Virus record (IMG/VR): IMGVR_UViG_3300017917_003366
From: a virus
Lineage: Duplodnaviria > Heunggongvirae > Uroviricota > Caudoviricetes
Reading direction: 5' to 3' (one strand)
DNA: 64,000 bases
Shown: piece after piece, positions 46,068-56,890 of the stretch
Layout: each line of letters starts with the position of its first letter
Position numbering within the stretch: the first letter of the stretch is position 1
Position numbers and translations under genes: made by a program
The notes under the pieces: model-generated
Databases searched by the model: none
What the model saw: only the letters and a program-made list of their open reading frames with translations
Told to the model about the DNA's origin: nothing

Positions 46068-49000
46068 TATTTATTTCCTTTGAGTTCGTCGATTTCCTTT
46101 TTAAGGTCTTTTATCGCTTCAATTAATAAAGCTGTTAATCTTCCATAAGATACGGAATCAGGACGACCTTCTGTATCGAATCCGACAGCTTCTGGTAAAA
46201 TTTTTGCCACTTCTTCCGCAATAACCCCCGCTTCTTTCTGTTCGTTATTAATTTTGGTATAGGTTACACCACTCAATTGAAGAACTTTCTCCAAACCATT
46301 TTCAATTTGAACGATATCTTTCTTGTATCGGATAGATGAGTTCTCGGTGATTCTACCGTTAACAACCAAGTTGTTATAGATTAATGCTCCTCCGAAGTAT
46401 AAGTGAGATGATGACGTACTTTGGTCACCGTAGAAGAAGAATTCGGCACCGTAGTTGATTCCATCTTCGGTTGGGTTGTTATCGGTAATCTGCATGTAAC
46501 AATCCATTGGTGTACCATCTTGTAAACCGAATATACTTGAAACGAACGCAGTTGCGTACATGTAATCGTAGTAAGGATTCACATACACACCACCTGTACC
46601 ATAAACAGAGTTACCTGAACCCCACAATACTTGGTATGTTGAGTTACTATCGTTGTTGTAGTTAATGGTTACTTGTGATGCAGAACCCGCACTAGTTGCG
46701 TAGTTTACAGATTGTGAACCAATGTTACTTGTAGTGATAGCACTTGATGCCGGCTGATAGTAAGAACCATGTTGACCATCTAATAAATCGGCATCAAGTC
46801 CAGAACTTGCACCGTCATTACCTGCGTGCCATACCGTGTTACCTCTAATGGTTACCGCTCCTGTTGAACCGTCAATTTTAAAGTCATTCTGACCGAATCT
46901 ACCCATTACAACAGTATAATCGGCAAATGCTTCGATAACGGGTAAACCTGAGATTGTGTTAACCGAGAAGATACTATCTGTCATATCATCGGTTACAGTA
47001 AACAATCTACCGTTCACACCATCAACCGCAACAACTTCTGCGTTTGCTCCACTACTATTGAATCTAACAGTACCTAAGTTTGAATAACCATTTGGATTTA
47101 AGTAATAGTTGGTATCACTAATATCATAAAATATTGGTGCCCTTACTGATTGGTCACTATTCCAACTGCCGTCATTTGCCGCCCAAGAACCCCAAGTGTT
47201 TGAACTGCTTAGGAAACCGATTCTACTACTATTACAATGGATACGACGAGTTGTTTCGTCGGTATCTGTCATGTAGATATCTGAAGATGTACCACTACCA
47301 ACAGTTAAAGCTCCAAATATCTGAACATTATAACTATTATCCATTCTTAAACCCCAGTTTCCACCTGAGTTTAAGAAACCAATTTGATTTGATGAGTTCG
47401 CATATACATAACCTCTTAATGCATTCACATGTCCACCGGTGTAGAATCTAATTGATGATTCGCTATTTGTTGATGAGACATCCCAAAATCCATTTGATTG
47501 GGATGATAAGTGCATCGTTGTGGTTTCATTGTATAAACCTGTATTGGAATTATCATTTCTAAACCATGCGGTGGTGTATGTATTTGAGAATCTAACAGTA
47601 CTTGATGTTGATACTCGTTGGTTTTCCAAAGGTTGGAATCGAGCATCTGATTCGGTTTCTGTAAAATACCTATCATCATGTGTATGTGATGATTCTGCAT
47701 ATTTTCCATCAATGTCAACTGTTACGGTGCCTCCATCATTACGTGTAAGTGTGATGATACCATTACTTGTATTAAATGATGCCGATGTTACATAATAGTT
47801 TGTATCGGTATATGATGTAATCCATCCAGGGTTTGTAGAAACACTACCATCAGCCATTAAGAACTGAGAAGAACTTCCTCCCGTCTTAACGAATGCAGTT
47901 GCTCTGATGTTACCCGTTACCGCTAACTTGTAACCTGAAACTGAAGTGTTACCCATTCCAATTTCACCGGTTGTTGCGATATAGAAATCGTTTTGATTGT
48001 AACGACCCATGATTACCCTGTAATCTGAGAACGCTTCAATTACAGGAACACCTGCAATTGTATTAACTGAGAATAAACTGTCACTTAAATCATCTGTGAT
48101 TGTGAACAATCTACCATTAACACCATCAACTGTGAATACTTCAGTTCCACTTGCGGTACTGTTTAATTTAACAGTTGCCAAGTTTGAGGTACTTGCCGGA
48201 TTTAAGAAGTATGTCGTATTGTCAAAATCATAGTAAGTTGAACCGTAGAATAATGGTGCCCCACTATTTCTTTCAATAATATTTGCCCAACCACTACCAG
48301 CACTATTTAATATTCTCCAGTTACCCGCATTTTGAATACCACCTGTACCAATTTCAAGTAAACTATCAATGTATACTTGTTTACTGTTATAGTTTCTAAT
48401 CCATGTAGTATCAGTCATGTACCATCCACCACCGTATGTTTCACTATACCAACCGGTATTCCCTGTACTTCTAAACCATCCTGATGAAACAAATGAACCC
48501 GCATATACATAATCTGAAGATGGATTCACGTAAACACCTGCGGTTCCGTAAACCGCGTTTCCTGAACCCCACAATAATTGATATGTTGAGTTACTATCGT
48601 TGTTGTAACTAATTGCCCCAAGATACGTTCCCGCTTCTTGGTATTTTCCATCAATATCTACCGTGTAAGTTCCTCCATCATTTCTTGAGAATGTGATAAT
48701 ACCATTGCTTGTATTAAATGATGCGCTCGTTGTATAATAGTTTGTATCAACATATGATGTAATATAACCATTCGGATTGGATGCGGGATAGTAATATGAA
48801 CCATGTTGACCGTCAAGTAAATCGGCATCAAGTGTTGACCCCGAACCTTGATGAGATATCTGTGCCGGATGGACCATACCAACACCTTCGGTTCCTTCAT
48901 TATCGGAGTCACTAAATGATAAACCTGTTAGATGGAATCTCCCAACCTGCACTGTGAATCTAATAGCAGTATAATCATCTAAACCAGATGCCACAAATGT

Positions 49001-52000
49001 GACAGTACTACCATCGTGGTTAACACCCTCGTCAGTATTTTCAACGGTTTGTCTTGTGTTTATTCTTCTCAAGAACACAAGTGCTCCTCCAGTTTGGATA
49101 CCATGTATATCAACATAACCACCACTACTCCAACATAATTGTGAAATCCATGCGGATTTCATTCCACTAGGTATATTAAATTGAATCCAAGCACCTGCAT
49201 CACCATATGTGTATGAATTAAATGCGGTATCGAATTTTGGATTACCCCATTCATCATTACTCGTCGCAGTAGTCCATGTTCCACTCGTTGATGCCGGTGA
49301 TGCCACATTAACTTCAGTTTGACCATTTACACTTTTGTAACGACCATCAATATCAACTGTTACCGTACCACCATCATTACGTGTAAGTGTGATGATACCA
49401 TTACCCGTATTAAATGATGCACTTGTAACGTAATAGTTAGTATCCACATATGAAGTAATCCAACCTGGATTTGTTGATACAGAACCATCAGCCATTAGGA
49501 ATTGTGATGAAGAACCACCACTCTTAACAAATGATGATGCAGTAACAGATGATGAGAATATACCGGTACCTGTAGTATCAAACGTAATTGGGGTTGCACC
49601 CGCACCGAACATTCTAACACCACCACCACTTGAGTATTGTAATTCTACATAACCACTACTTCTATTGATTTGTGCTAAATTAAATGTGATATATCCGTCG
49701 TTGAATCCACCACTAAACGTAACCGCAGTAGATGTAGAAGCACCTCTTGCCGTTACTGTCGCCAATGTATCCGTTTCAGAATATGATGTTAAGAATGAAG
49801 ATGCGTGATATCCATCAAGGGTGTCAGCATCCAATCCACTTCCACTACCATCATTATTTGAGTGCCATACTGTTCCGCCATTGATTGTTGCGGTTCCAAT
49901 ATGTGCAAATGAACCACTTGTTAATAATGAACCACTAACAGTAGTTGTTGTACCACTAACTACAAGTGAATTCATACCAAATGAACCCATCACAACTCTA
50001 TCGTCAGAGAACACCTCTAATACAGGTAAACCTGAGATATCGTTAACTGAGAACAACGAACCTGATAATGTATCGGTTACTGAGAACAATTGTCCAAGTG
50101 AACCTTGTACATCAAATACTAAACTACCTGAACCATAAACTTGTAATGGAACTGACGGTGATGTTGTATCTGATTCACCATAACCAACTCTAACACCTCT
50201 CGCAACAGTTAAGTAACCGTTGGTTGTAAGTGACATCGCACCTTGTGATGTGTTATGTCCATCATCTCCCCACCAGAAACCTCTGTCATCGTCGTTGTTC
50301 ATTTGGAAGGTCATCGCCCAATCGGCAAGTCCACCGAAATTGTTTCCGGATTCCATACCGATAGCATATGTTCCACTATTACTATAAACGTTATACTTGT
50401 TTCTTGTTGAGGAAGCATTCGTTCCGTAAACACCCGTTGCAGTTACATTATTAAATGTTGGGCTGTCAGTTGTACCTAAGTTTTGGTTAATCGTATATGA
50501 AGTAATGTTACTTGCATTACCACTAATATTTCCTGTAATCTTTGAACCAGCAAGTGCCGTAATCCATGCGGGATTTGAATATGTTCCTGTTGTATAAACT
50601 CCATCAGTTACCGTTGCGGCGTTTCCTGAGATATTAATACCCCAAGTACCGTTTTCATAAAGATATTTGTAACCTGAACCATTTTTAAAGAAACCATCGG
50701 TTGCGATATATGCCCTTAAATTACCTGATTGTGTAAACCAAATTGGTTCATCACTATCGTCCTGTGTACCAATTTCTAAATAAGATAATCCCGCTCCGTT
50801 ACCTGTAGATACAAATCTAATAAATGCGGCATCGGTATTCATTCCCCAGAACACACCTAAACCTGAAGTTGTACCAAAGGTTAAATTACCTGTCATGGTG
50901 TCACCACTCTTAGAAACTTTGTTTCCAATTGATGTGGTAATTGTTGTTGCGAAGTTTGCATCGTCACCAAGCGCCGCCGCCAACTCATTAAGAGTATCTA
51001 ACGCCGCGGGAGCACTATCAATTAAGTTGGTAATCTGTGTTTGAACATAACCTGTGGTCGCATAACCTTGACCACTGTGATTACCCCATCCAAATGCGGT
51101 GTCCCAGTTAGTTTTGTTATATCCTGTAATTGCTGTAGAACCACCGAAGAAGTTACCAATTTCAGTTTCTGTATAATATCTTGTATCAGTTGTAGTTGAA
51201 TAGTTGTTTGTATTCAAATACTCATATTGTGTTGTGTCTCCACCACCATAAATTGGTCCTGTTGTAATTATACCACCTTGAGGTGCTTGGTCCAAATCAA
51301 CTTGTGCTGGAACTTCAGTTAAAGCGGGGAAATTATTAATATCACCCGGGTCAACACCATCAGCAACCCAATCCTTAATAACCCAACCTTGGTTTTGGAT
51401 ATTTTCTAACATCCAAGCTTGAACTTGACATGATGAGTCGTCAATATAAACCTGTAGTAAAGCACCATCATATGTTGAACCATCGACAATACGAAGAGTT
51501 CTAAATGGATTACCACTATATCTTGAGTTAATTAATACGGTAATATCAGAGTAGTTACCATAGTGATGTGTTGCATAGAACACAACCGATTGGTGATTAC
51601 CACTTGATGTGTCTCTTAATATAAATCTACCAACCGCTCTGTTACCGGGATTAGCAGCAATTGTGTACCAACCAGCGGCTCTGTTAACATCGGATGTTTT
51701 TGCGTATGGTAGATATCTATCATCGTGTGTATGAACGGATTCAGCATATTTTCCATCAATATCAACTGTGTACGTATTCCCATCGTTACGAGAGAATGTG
51801 ATTACACCGTTTGATGTATTAAATGTTGCACCTGTGGTATAGTAATTTAAATAAGAACTAATGTAACCACTTGGGTTAGATGATGGATAATAAGAAGTTG
51901 TATCAACAGTTAATGTACCATCAGAACTACTTGTTTTTAAGAAACCATTCGATGTATAACCATTTAATGTGATTACTCTACTTGGTGAAACTTGCATCCA

Positions 52001-55000
52001 AGTTGATAGCGAAGTTGATGAACCGTTTGATATTCCAAAATAGAAGTTACTTCCATTATGTCCCATCGACCAATTATGGTTAGTTCCCGCATTACCACCA
52101 ATACCGGTTGTAACACCCCAACCACCATCACCAATACCACCCGCAACAACTCTATTTGAAAATGAGTTTGGATTTATACCTGTACTGTTCGCAAGAATTG
52201 CATTTGAATTATTGGTTAATCCTGTTGTTGTTAATCCTCCATTAAATGATACCGCAGTGGTTGTACTTGCACCTCTCGAGGTTACTGTGGCCAACGTATC
52301 GGTTTCGGAATATGATTCTAAGTATCTACCATCTAAATCAACGGTGTATGTTCCACCATCATTTCTTGTAAATGTAACAACACCATTTCCGATATTGAAT
52401 GTTGCACCTGTTGTAAAGTTGTTAGTGTCAGTAACGGTTTCAGTTGCCGTAGTGATACCTGTGATATGTCCAAATGAATCAAGAAGGATGTCTTGAATGT
52501 AAGTTCTTCCGGAGTTATTTGATGAACTTGCAGCACTTACCGAAGGGTGCGCAGTTAAATAAGTGTTACTATCTAATGTACCGTCACCTTTAACAAACTG
52601 AGAGGATGATGCACCTTGAGTGATGAATGATGCGGCAGTTATTGGTAGGGAGGTTATACCATTTCTAGAAACAACATCTTCTAAAGTATCCACTTCAGTA
52701 TATGATGTTAAGAATCTTCCATCAATATCTACCGTAAATGTACCGCCACCATTATTATTGGTGAACGTAATAACACCATTACTTGTATTAAATGTTGCAC
52801 CCGTTGTAAACGTATCTGTTACAGTTTCAGTTGCCGTAGTTATACCAGTAATGTGACCGAATGAATCAAGAAGAATATCTTGGATATACGTTCTACCACT
52901 ATTGTTAGAAGAACTTGCGGCACTCACTGAAGGGTGAGCGGTTAAGTATCTACCTTCTAAACTTATGTCAATATTTCCACCGTCGTTTCTTGTTAATCTT
53001 AGATTACCCGTGCCGGTATTAAACGTTCCACCTGTTACATAGTAATTCGTGTTATCTAAGAAAGCAGATAAATCAATATCACCACTAAAGGCACCACCTG
53101 TACCTGTGAATCTTAATGTTGTTCCAAGTAAAACGACATTATTAATAAAATCGTTTGTGTCAACAACTGTTTCAGTTGCTGTAGTTATTCCTGTAATGTG
53201 TCCAAAACCATCTAAAAGAATGTCTTGAATGTAAGTTCTGCCTGAGTTGTTTGATGAACTTGCAGCAGTCACAGAAGGGTGTGCGGTTAAGTATCCACTA
53301 TCGTTGGTAAACATCGAAATGTTACCTGTTACATTCTGTAAAACTCTACCGTTAGATAAAACTAATGTTCCCCCAACATAAAGTGCTGAGTTAACAAGGT
53401 CGAACTCGGTACCTCCTCTAATAATAAGTGGGTACTTATCAAATGCCGGTCCTTGATAATCATCGACATGGAAAACGAATCTATCGTTTGTTGTTGCGTT
53501 ATCTCTTAATTGGAAAACAAAATCAATACTATCTGAAGATGGTTGAATTGCGTAAATTCTAGCACCGTCATTATTTAATGTCCAATCGAAACCTTTACCA
53601 CTTGTTGGGAATGTTCCTGCTAAGTCAACGAAAGTTAAATCGGCAGCATTACCTAACGTAACATTTCCATTAAATGTTACAGGAGTTGCGGTTGATGCGC
53701 CTCTTGCAGTAACGGTTGCTAATGTATCTGTTTCACTAAATGATGTCAGGTAAGTGTTACTATCTAATGTACCATCACCTTTAACAAACTGAGAAGATGT
53801 TCCACCTGAAGTTATGAACTTAGGTGCTGTTAAGTTACCCGTCATCGTGTCACCACTCTTAGAAACTTTGTTTCCAATTGCAGTTGCGATTGTTGTCGCA
53901 AAGTTCGGGTCATCACCAAGTGCCGCCGCCAACTCATTTAATGTGTCAAGAGTTGTTGGTGCAGAATCCACCAAGTTCGCAATCTGAGTAGAAACATAAC
54001 CTGAAATACTTGCGGTATATGTACCACCATCACTCTTAGTGAATGTGATTAAACCTGTTGTACTATTTGTTGTACCACCGGTTGTATATGTGTCAACAAC
54101 GGTTTCGGTTGCTGTTGTAATTCCTGTAATATGACCAAAACTATCTAATAAGATATCTTGGATGTATGTACGTCCACTATTGTTCGACGAACTTGCCGCA
54201 GATACCGATGGGTGAGCAGTTAAATAACGACCCTCCAAATCAACATCTATTGTTCCTCCATCGTTACGAGTTAAACGTAGATTACCCGTACCGGTATTAA
54301 ACGTACCACCTGTTACATAGTAATCGGTAGATGATGTTCCGTATCTACCATCCAAATCAACGGTATATGTTAATCCGTTATTCTTTGTAAAGGTTAAAAC
54401 ACCATCACCTGTATTGAAGGTAACACCCGTAGTGTGTGTATCCACAACAGTTTCTGTTGCGGTTGTTATTCCCGTGATGTGACCGAAAACGTCAAGTAAA
54501 ATATCTTGGATGTATGTTCTTCCACTATTGTTCGAAGAAGACGCCGCAGATATTGTTTGGTGTAAACTATCAAATACCACAGTATTGGTACCCGGCATTA
54601 ACGTTATGTTCATGTTACCACCTTCTTGAAGTGTAACTGTTTCATTAAAGTTAATGTCTTCAGATGTTGTACCGTCGGTTAATCTCCAAGAACCATTTAA
54701 TGCAGTTGCGATAGAACTACTAACAGCACTGTATCCTGTTGTCCCTGTGATATTAATTTGGGCAGAACCCGAAACTAATGACGGAGCATTTTGAATATAT
54801 GAGTAATCAATTGAACCACTGATTCCGCTTGTTACTTTTAACGAACCAGTGATTTCGGTGTTACTGATTATTTTTACTTTACTACCATCATCATAGATGT
54901 TAGAGTTGTCCAAGTGGTCACCCCCAACAGATTTAGGTATTCTTGTACTTGTTAAACCCAATTCATCACCAAGAGAACCTGTGTTTCTTGGACCCGAAAG

Positions 55001-56188
55001 TAACATACCGCCCGAGTACATACTACCCGATGCGTTTTGATAAATCCAGTGATTATTTAATGAATCCCATAAAAGAGATGCGGTTGCTAAATGTGAGTTT
55101 GAACCCGAATCGAATACCACTAAACCACCAAATCTTTCAATTGGTTCAAATACGTTTGTATAAATGAATGGACCTGTTAAGTTTAGGTTTGATGATGTAA
55201 CATACACAAATGATGAGGTACCAAGTACACTAATGTTTTGTGTAATTGTAATCGAACCACTGATAATCTGATTACCATTGATTGTTTGTGAACCTGAGAT
55301 ATCTAATGAACCTGTTAATTGGTATGAACCCGAAAGTGATTTTGTATTTGCCCAAACACTTCCACTTCTCATTAATAAATCACCATGTGATAAACTTCCT
55401 GTGTCGATTCTAACATTATGGAGTTCGTCGATTTCGTAACCGTTATCGACCTTAACAAAAATGGACCCGACGTTTGCATGCGCTCTAACAACATAACCAA
55501 TAATAACGGTGTGTTGGGGCGCTTGTGGTTTTATGTTTGTAATCCTCCCCGCAACTGTCGGCGATAGGTATAACATATCACCATCATTCCACAATTCTCC
55601 TTGTAACGCACCGGTGGTATTGATGTTTCTTACCAATCCATTTGCGGTGATAAACCCTTCTTGGTTATCATCTATATTTTCGGTGGCAAGACCTAAAGTT
55701 TCCGCCGAGTTGTCGTCATTATCGGCTTGTGCTAATTTTACCTTTATTCTATTTCCTTGTGCCCCAAATATTTTAACCGCATTATATGTAGATTCGAGTA
55801 AATTAACACCTGATTTGTTTACCACCCTTACTAATTGTTCTTGTCCAACTTGAAGGGTTACGTTTCCACCTTTCATCCCGATATCGACAGTTCCGTCGGT
55901 ATCGTTCCATGTCATTCTACCAATACCACCGACAACTGTTGAACCTGTATTAAAATCAATATAATCTGTGCGCAGAACACCTGTTAGTGAACCACTAATA
56001 GAACCGGTAACGTTTAAACTACCCGTTACTGTATGAGTATCAGTTATTTGGTCACCAACTTTAGCGTTCCCATGAACAGTTAATGAACCCGTTACGGTTT
56101 GAGAACCACTTACGGTGACTCCACCTTTAAAATTGGATGAACCCGATACTTGTAACGACCCCGTTACGTCTGCGTCAAATATTCTCAT
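46067..56188 (-). CDS. Giant tail-fibre/tail-spike-like structural protein (3373 aa) with internal tandem domain repeats and a C-terminal intramolecular-chaperone (peptidase S74) domain
   Basis: N-terminal Gly/Ser/Thr-rich beta-helix-like repeats (VTGSLQVSGSSNFKGGVTVSGSQTVTGSLTV). Five near-identical about 40-aa units (LTAHPSVSAASSSNNSGRTYIQDILLDSFGHITGITTATETV). Many copies of TGATFNTSNGVITFTRNDGGTYTVDIDG(R/K)Y. The C-terminal roughly 120 aa match the Peptidase_S74 auto-cleaving chaperone consensus and end in a coiled coil (full aligned motif in the finding at 46067-56188). ATG verified at 56188. Confidence 0.8.
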   Translation of the reverse strand: MRIFDADVTGSLQVSGSSNFKGGVTVSGSQTVTGSLTVHGNAKVGDQITDTHTVTGSLNVTGSISGSLTGVLRTDYIDFNTGSTVVGGIGRMTWNDTDGTVDIGMKGGNVTLQVGQEQLVRVVNKSGVNLLESTYNAVKIFGAQGNRIKVKLAQADNDDNSAETLGLATENIDDNQEGFITANGLVRNINTTGALQGELWNDGDMLYLSPTVAGRITNIKPQAPQHTVIIGYVVRAHANVGSIFVKVDNGYEIDELHNVRIDTGSLSHGDLLMRSGSVWANTKSLSGSYQLTGSLDISGSQTINGNQIISGSITITQNISVLGTSSFVYVTSSNLNLTGPFIYTNVFEPIERFGGLVVFDSGSNSHLATASLLWDSLNNHWIYQNASGSMYSGGMLLSGPRNTGSLGDELGLTSTRIPKSVGGDHLDNSNIYDDGSKVKIISNTEITGSLKVTSGISGSIDYSYIQNAPSLVSGSAQINITGTTGYSAVSSSIATALNGSWRLTDGTTSEDINFNETVTLQEGGNMNITLMPGTNTVVFDSLHQTISAASSSNNSGRTYIQDILLDVFGHITGITTATETVVDTHTTGVTFNTGDGVLTFTKNNGLTYTVDLDGRYGTSSTDYYVTGGTFNTGTGNLRLTRNDGGTIDVDLEGRYLTAHPSVSAASSSNNSGRTYIQDILLDSFGHITGITTATETVVDTYTTGGTTNSTTGLITFTKSDGGTYTASISGYVSTQIANLVDSAPTTLDTLNELAAALGDDPNFATTIATAIGNKVSKSGDTMTGNLTAPKFITSGGTSSQFVKGDGTLDSNTYLTSFSETDTLATVTARGASTATPVTFNGNVTLGNAADLTFVDLAGTFPTSGKGFDWTLNNDGARIYAIQPSSDSIDFVFQLRDNATTNDRFVFHVDDYQGPAFDKYPLIIRGGTEFDLVNSALYVGGTLVLSNGRVLQNVTGNISMFTNDSGYLTAHPSVTAASSSNNSGRTYIQDILLDGFGHITGITTATETVVDTNDFINNVVLLGTTLRFTGTGGAFSGDIDLSAFLDNTNYYVTGGTFNTGTGNLRLTRNDGGNIDISLEGRYLTAHPSVSAASSSNNSGRTYIQDILLDSFGHITGITTATETVTDTFTTGATFNTSNGVITFTNNNGGGTFTVDIDGRFLTSYTEVDTLEDVVSRNGITSLPITAASFITQGASSSQFVKGDGTLDSNTYLTAHPSVSAASSSNNSGRTYIQDILLDSFGHITGITTATETVTDTNNFTTGATFNIGNGVVTFTRNDGGTYTVDLDGRYLESYSETDTLATVTSRGASTTTAVSFNGGLTTTGLTNNSNAILANSTGINPNSFSNRVVAGGIGDGGWGVTTGIGGNAGTNHNWSMGHNGSNFYFGISNGSSTSLSTWMQVSPSRVITLNGYTSNGFLKTSSSDGTLTVDTTSYYPSSNPSGYISSYLNYYTTGATFNTSNGVITFSRNDGNTYTVDIDGKYAESVHTHDDRYLPYAKTSDVNRAAGWYTIAANPGNRAVGRFILRDTSSGNHQSVVFYATHHYGNYSDITVLINSRYSGNPFRTLRIVDGSTYDGALLQVYIDDSSCQVQAWMLENIQNQGWVIKDWVADGVDPGDINNFPALTEVPAQVDLDQAPQGGIITTGPIYGGGDTTQYEYLNTNNYSTTTDTRYYTETEIGNFFGGSTAITGYNKTNWDTAFGWGNHSGQGYATTGYVQTQITNLIDSAPAALDTLNELAAALGDDANFATTITTSIGNKVSKSGDTMTGNLTFGTTSGLGVFWGMNTDAAFIRFVSTGNGAGLSYLEIGTQDDSDEPIWFTQSGNLRAYIATDGFFKNGSGYKYLYENGTWGINISGNAATVTDGVYTTGTYSNPAWITALAGSKITGNISGNASNITSYTINQNLGTTDSPTFNNVTATGVYGTNASSTRNKYNVYSNSGTYAIGMESGNNFGGLADWAMTFQMNNDDDRGFWWGDDGHNTSQGAMSLTTNGYLTVARGVRVGYGESDTTSPSVPLQVYGSGSLVFDVQGSLGQLFSVTDTLSGSLFSVNDISGLPVLEVFSDDRVVMGSFGMNSLVVSGTTTTVSGSLLTSGSFAHIGTATINGGTVWHSNNDGSGSGLDADTLDGYHASSFLTSYSETDTLATVTARGASTSTAVTFSGGFNDGYITFNLAQINRSSGYVELQYSSGGGVRMFGAGATPITFDTTGTGIFSSSVTASSFVKSGGSSSQFLMADGSVSTNPGWITSYVDTNYYVTSASFNTGNGIITLTRNDGGTVTVDIDGRYKSVNGQTEVNVASPASTSGTWTTATSNDEWGNPKFDTAFNSYTYGDAGAWIQFNIPSGMKSAWISQLCWSSGGYVDIHGIQTGGALVFLRRINTRQTVENTDEGVNHDGSTVTFVASGLDDYTAIRFTVQVGRFHLTGLSFSDSDNEGTEGVGMVHPAQISHQGSGSTLDADLLDGQHGSYYYPASNPNGYITSYVDTNYYTTSASFNTSNGIITFSRNDGGTYTVDIDGKYQEAGTYLGAISYNNDSNSTYQLLWGSGNAVYGTAGVYVNPSSDYVYAGSFVSSGWFRSTGNTGWYSETYGGGWYMTDTTWIRNYNSKQVYIDSLLEIGTGGIQNAGNWRILNSAGSGWANIIERNSGAPLFYGSTYYDFDNTTYFLNPASTSNLATVKLNSTASGTEVFTVDGVNGRLFTITDDLSDSLFSVNTIAGVPVIEAFSDYRVIMGRYNQNDFYIATTGEIGMGNTSVSGYKLAVTGNIRATAFVKTGGSSSQFLMADGSVSTNPGWITSYTDTNYYVTSASFNTSNGIITLTRNDGGTVTVDIDGKYAESSHTHDDRYFTETESDARFQPLENQRVSTSSTVRFSNTYTTAWFRNDNSNTGLYNETTTMHLSSQSNGFWDVSSTNSESSIRFYTGGHVNALRGYVYANSSNQIGFLNSGGNWGLRMDNSYNVQIFGALTVGSGTSSDIYMTDTDETTRRIHCNSSRIGFLSSSNTWGSWAANDGSWNSDQSVRAPIFYDISDTNYYLNPNGYSNLGTVRFNSSGANAEVVAVDGVNGRLFTVTDDMTDSIFSVNTISGLPVIEAFADYTVVMGRFGQNDFKIDGSTGAVTIRGNTVWHAGNDGASSGLDADLLDGQHGSYYQPASSAITTSNIGSQSVNYATSAGSASQVTINYNNDSNSTYQVLWGSGNSVYGTGGVYVNPYYDYMYATAFVSSIFGLQDGTPMDCYMQITDNNPTEDGINYGAEFFFYGDQSTSSSHLYFGGALIYNNLVVNGRITENSSIRYKKDIVQIENGLEKVLQLSGVTYTKINNEQKEAGVIAEEVAKILPEAVGFDTEGRPDSVSYGRLTALLIEAIKDLKKEIDELKGNK
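47704..49545 (-). repeat. Pair of long near-identical coding repeats (about 200 nt) at 47704-47899 and 49344-49545, plus diverged copies of the same about 30-aa motif elsewhere in the gene
   Basis: Both encode ...FVK(S/T)GGSSSQFLMADGSVSTNPGWITSY(V/T)DTNYYVTSASFNT(G/S)NGIITLTRNDGGTVTVDIDG(R/K)Y with about 90% nucleotide identity. Confidence 0.65.
52425..54565 (-). repeat. Five near-identical coding repeats (about 120 nt core, period about 340-390 nt) within the giant fibre gene
   Basis: Plus-strand cores near 52425-52560, 52830-52945, 53170-53290, 54090-54215 and 54455-54565 all encode ...SAASSSNNSGRTYIQDILLD(S/G/V)FGHITGITTATETV. Confidence 0.7.
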
Positions 56189-56283
56189 GTAAAGTTCTTA
56201 TTATTTTTATAGATAAATACTTCAAAACCCCAATCTTTATTCCTTTAAAAGTTATTTATTGATAGTATATTCTATAAATATGT

Positions 56284-56736
56284 ATGATACGACACACACT
56301 GGTCAAAGATGACCTAATTCATATCGAAAATTCTGAGGTTTTTGTAAAAGAAATTTTTGAGGTTACAAATTGTGATATTCAAACCACAATCGACAACTTT
56401 AATTCACTTTACGAGTGGGATAAAATGTTCAATGTGGAAGAAACGGCAAGAAGATTTGAGGAAAACCACCGTTTTTTTATTTTTTATCACAAAGATTTGG
56501 TGGTTGGACATTGTTGGGTTGACCCCGTATCAATGAATGAATCTAATATATATGTATATAATGTTTTTGTTGACAAAACAAAACATGATAAGGATGTGTG
56601 TGATAGCACCGTTTATTTCTCTAAACTTGCCACGATGTTATTTTCTGAAGGTTATAAGGTAATCCACGCAGATGTGGATGATTGGCACAAAAAATCCCAA
56701 TCCTTTTGTCAAAGATTGGGATTCAAATCTATTTAG
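56284..56736 (+). CDS. Plus-strand hypothetical protein (150 aa), possibly GNAT-like acetyltransferase
   Basis: Lone plus-strand gene between the fibre gene start and a convergent gene. The C-terminal ...DDWHKKSQSFCQRLGFKSI resembles the GNAT C-terminal helix. Weak. Confidence 0.3.
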   Translation: MIRHTLVKDDLIHIENSEVFVKEIFEVTNCDIQTTIDNFNSLYEWDKMFNVEETARRFEENHRFFIFYHKDLVVGHCWVDPVSMNESNIYVYNVFVDKTKHDKDVCDSTVYFSKLATMLFSEGYKVIHADVDDWHKKSQSFCQRLGFKSI

Positions 56737-56890
56737 AATAGATTAACTCAAGTGTTTATCTTTAATTTTTTGAATTACTGTGTTAAACAAATTATTAATC
56801 ACAACCTTATCGGTCGTCGTTGTTTTTTTTACTATTGGAGTTTTTTCAACTCTTGTAAATTGTCTATTTTTATTATTTTCTGTATTCATA

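Noticed and set aside
47134-55853. Eleven short ORFs on both strands inside the giant fibre gene
   Set aside because: All are embedded within the 10.1-kb ORF, which has coherent repeat structure and an S74 domain. They are frame artefacts of the repetitive Gly/Ser/Thr-rich coding sequence.
46067-56188. Possibility that the tandem repeats are a CRISPR array or non-coding satellite
   Set aside because: The repeats are in-frame, translate to conserved peptide units within one continuous ORF, have no spacer/repeat alternation and have no leader. They are coding domain repeats.
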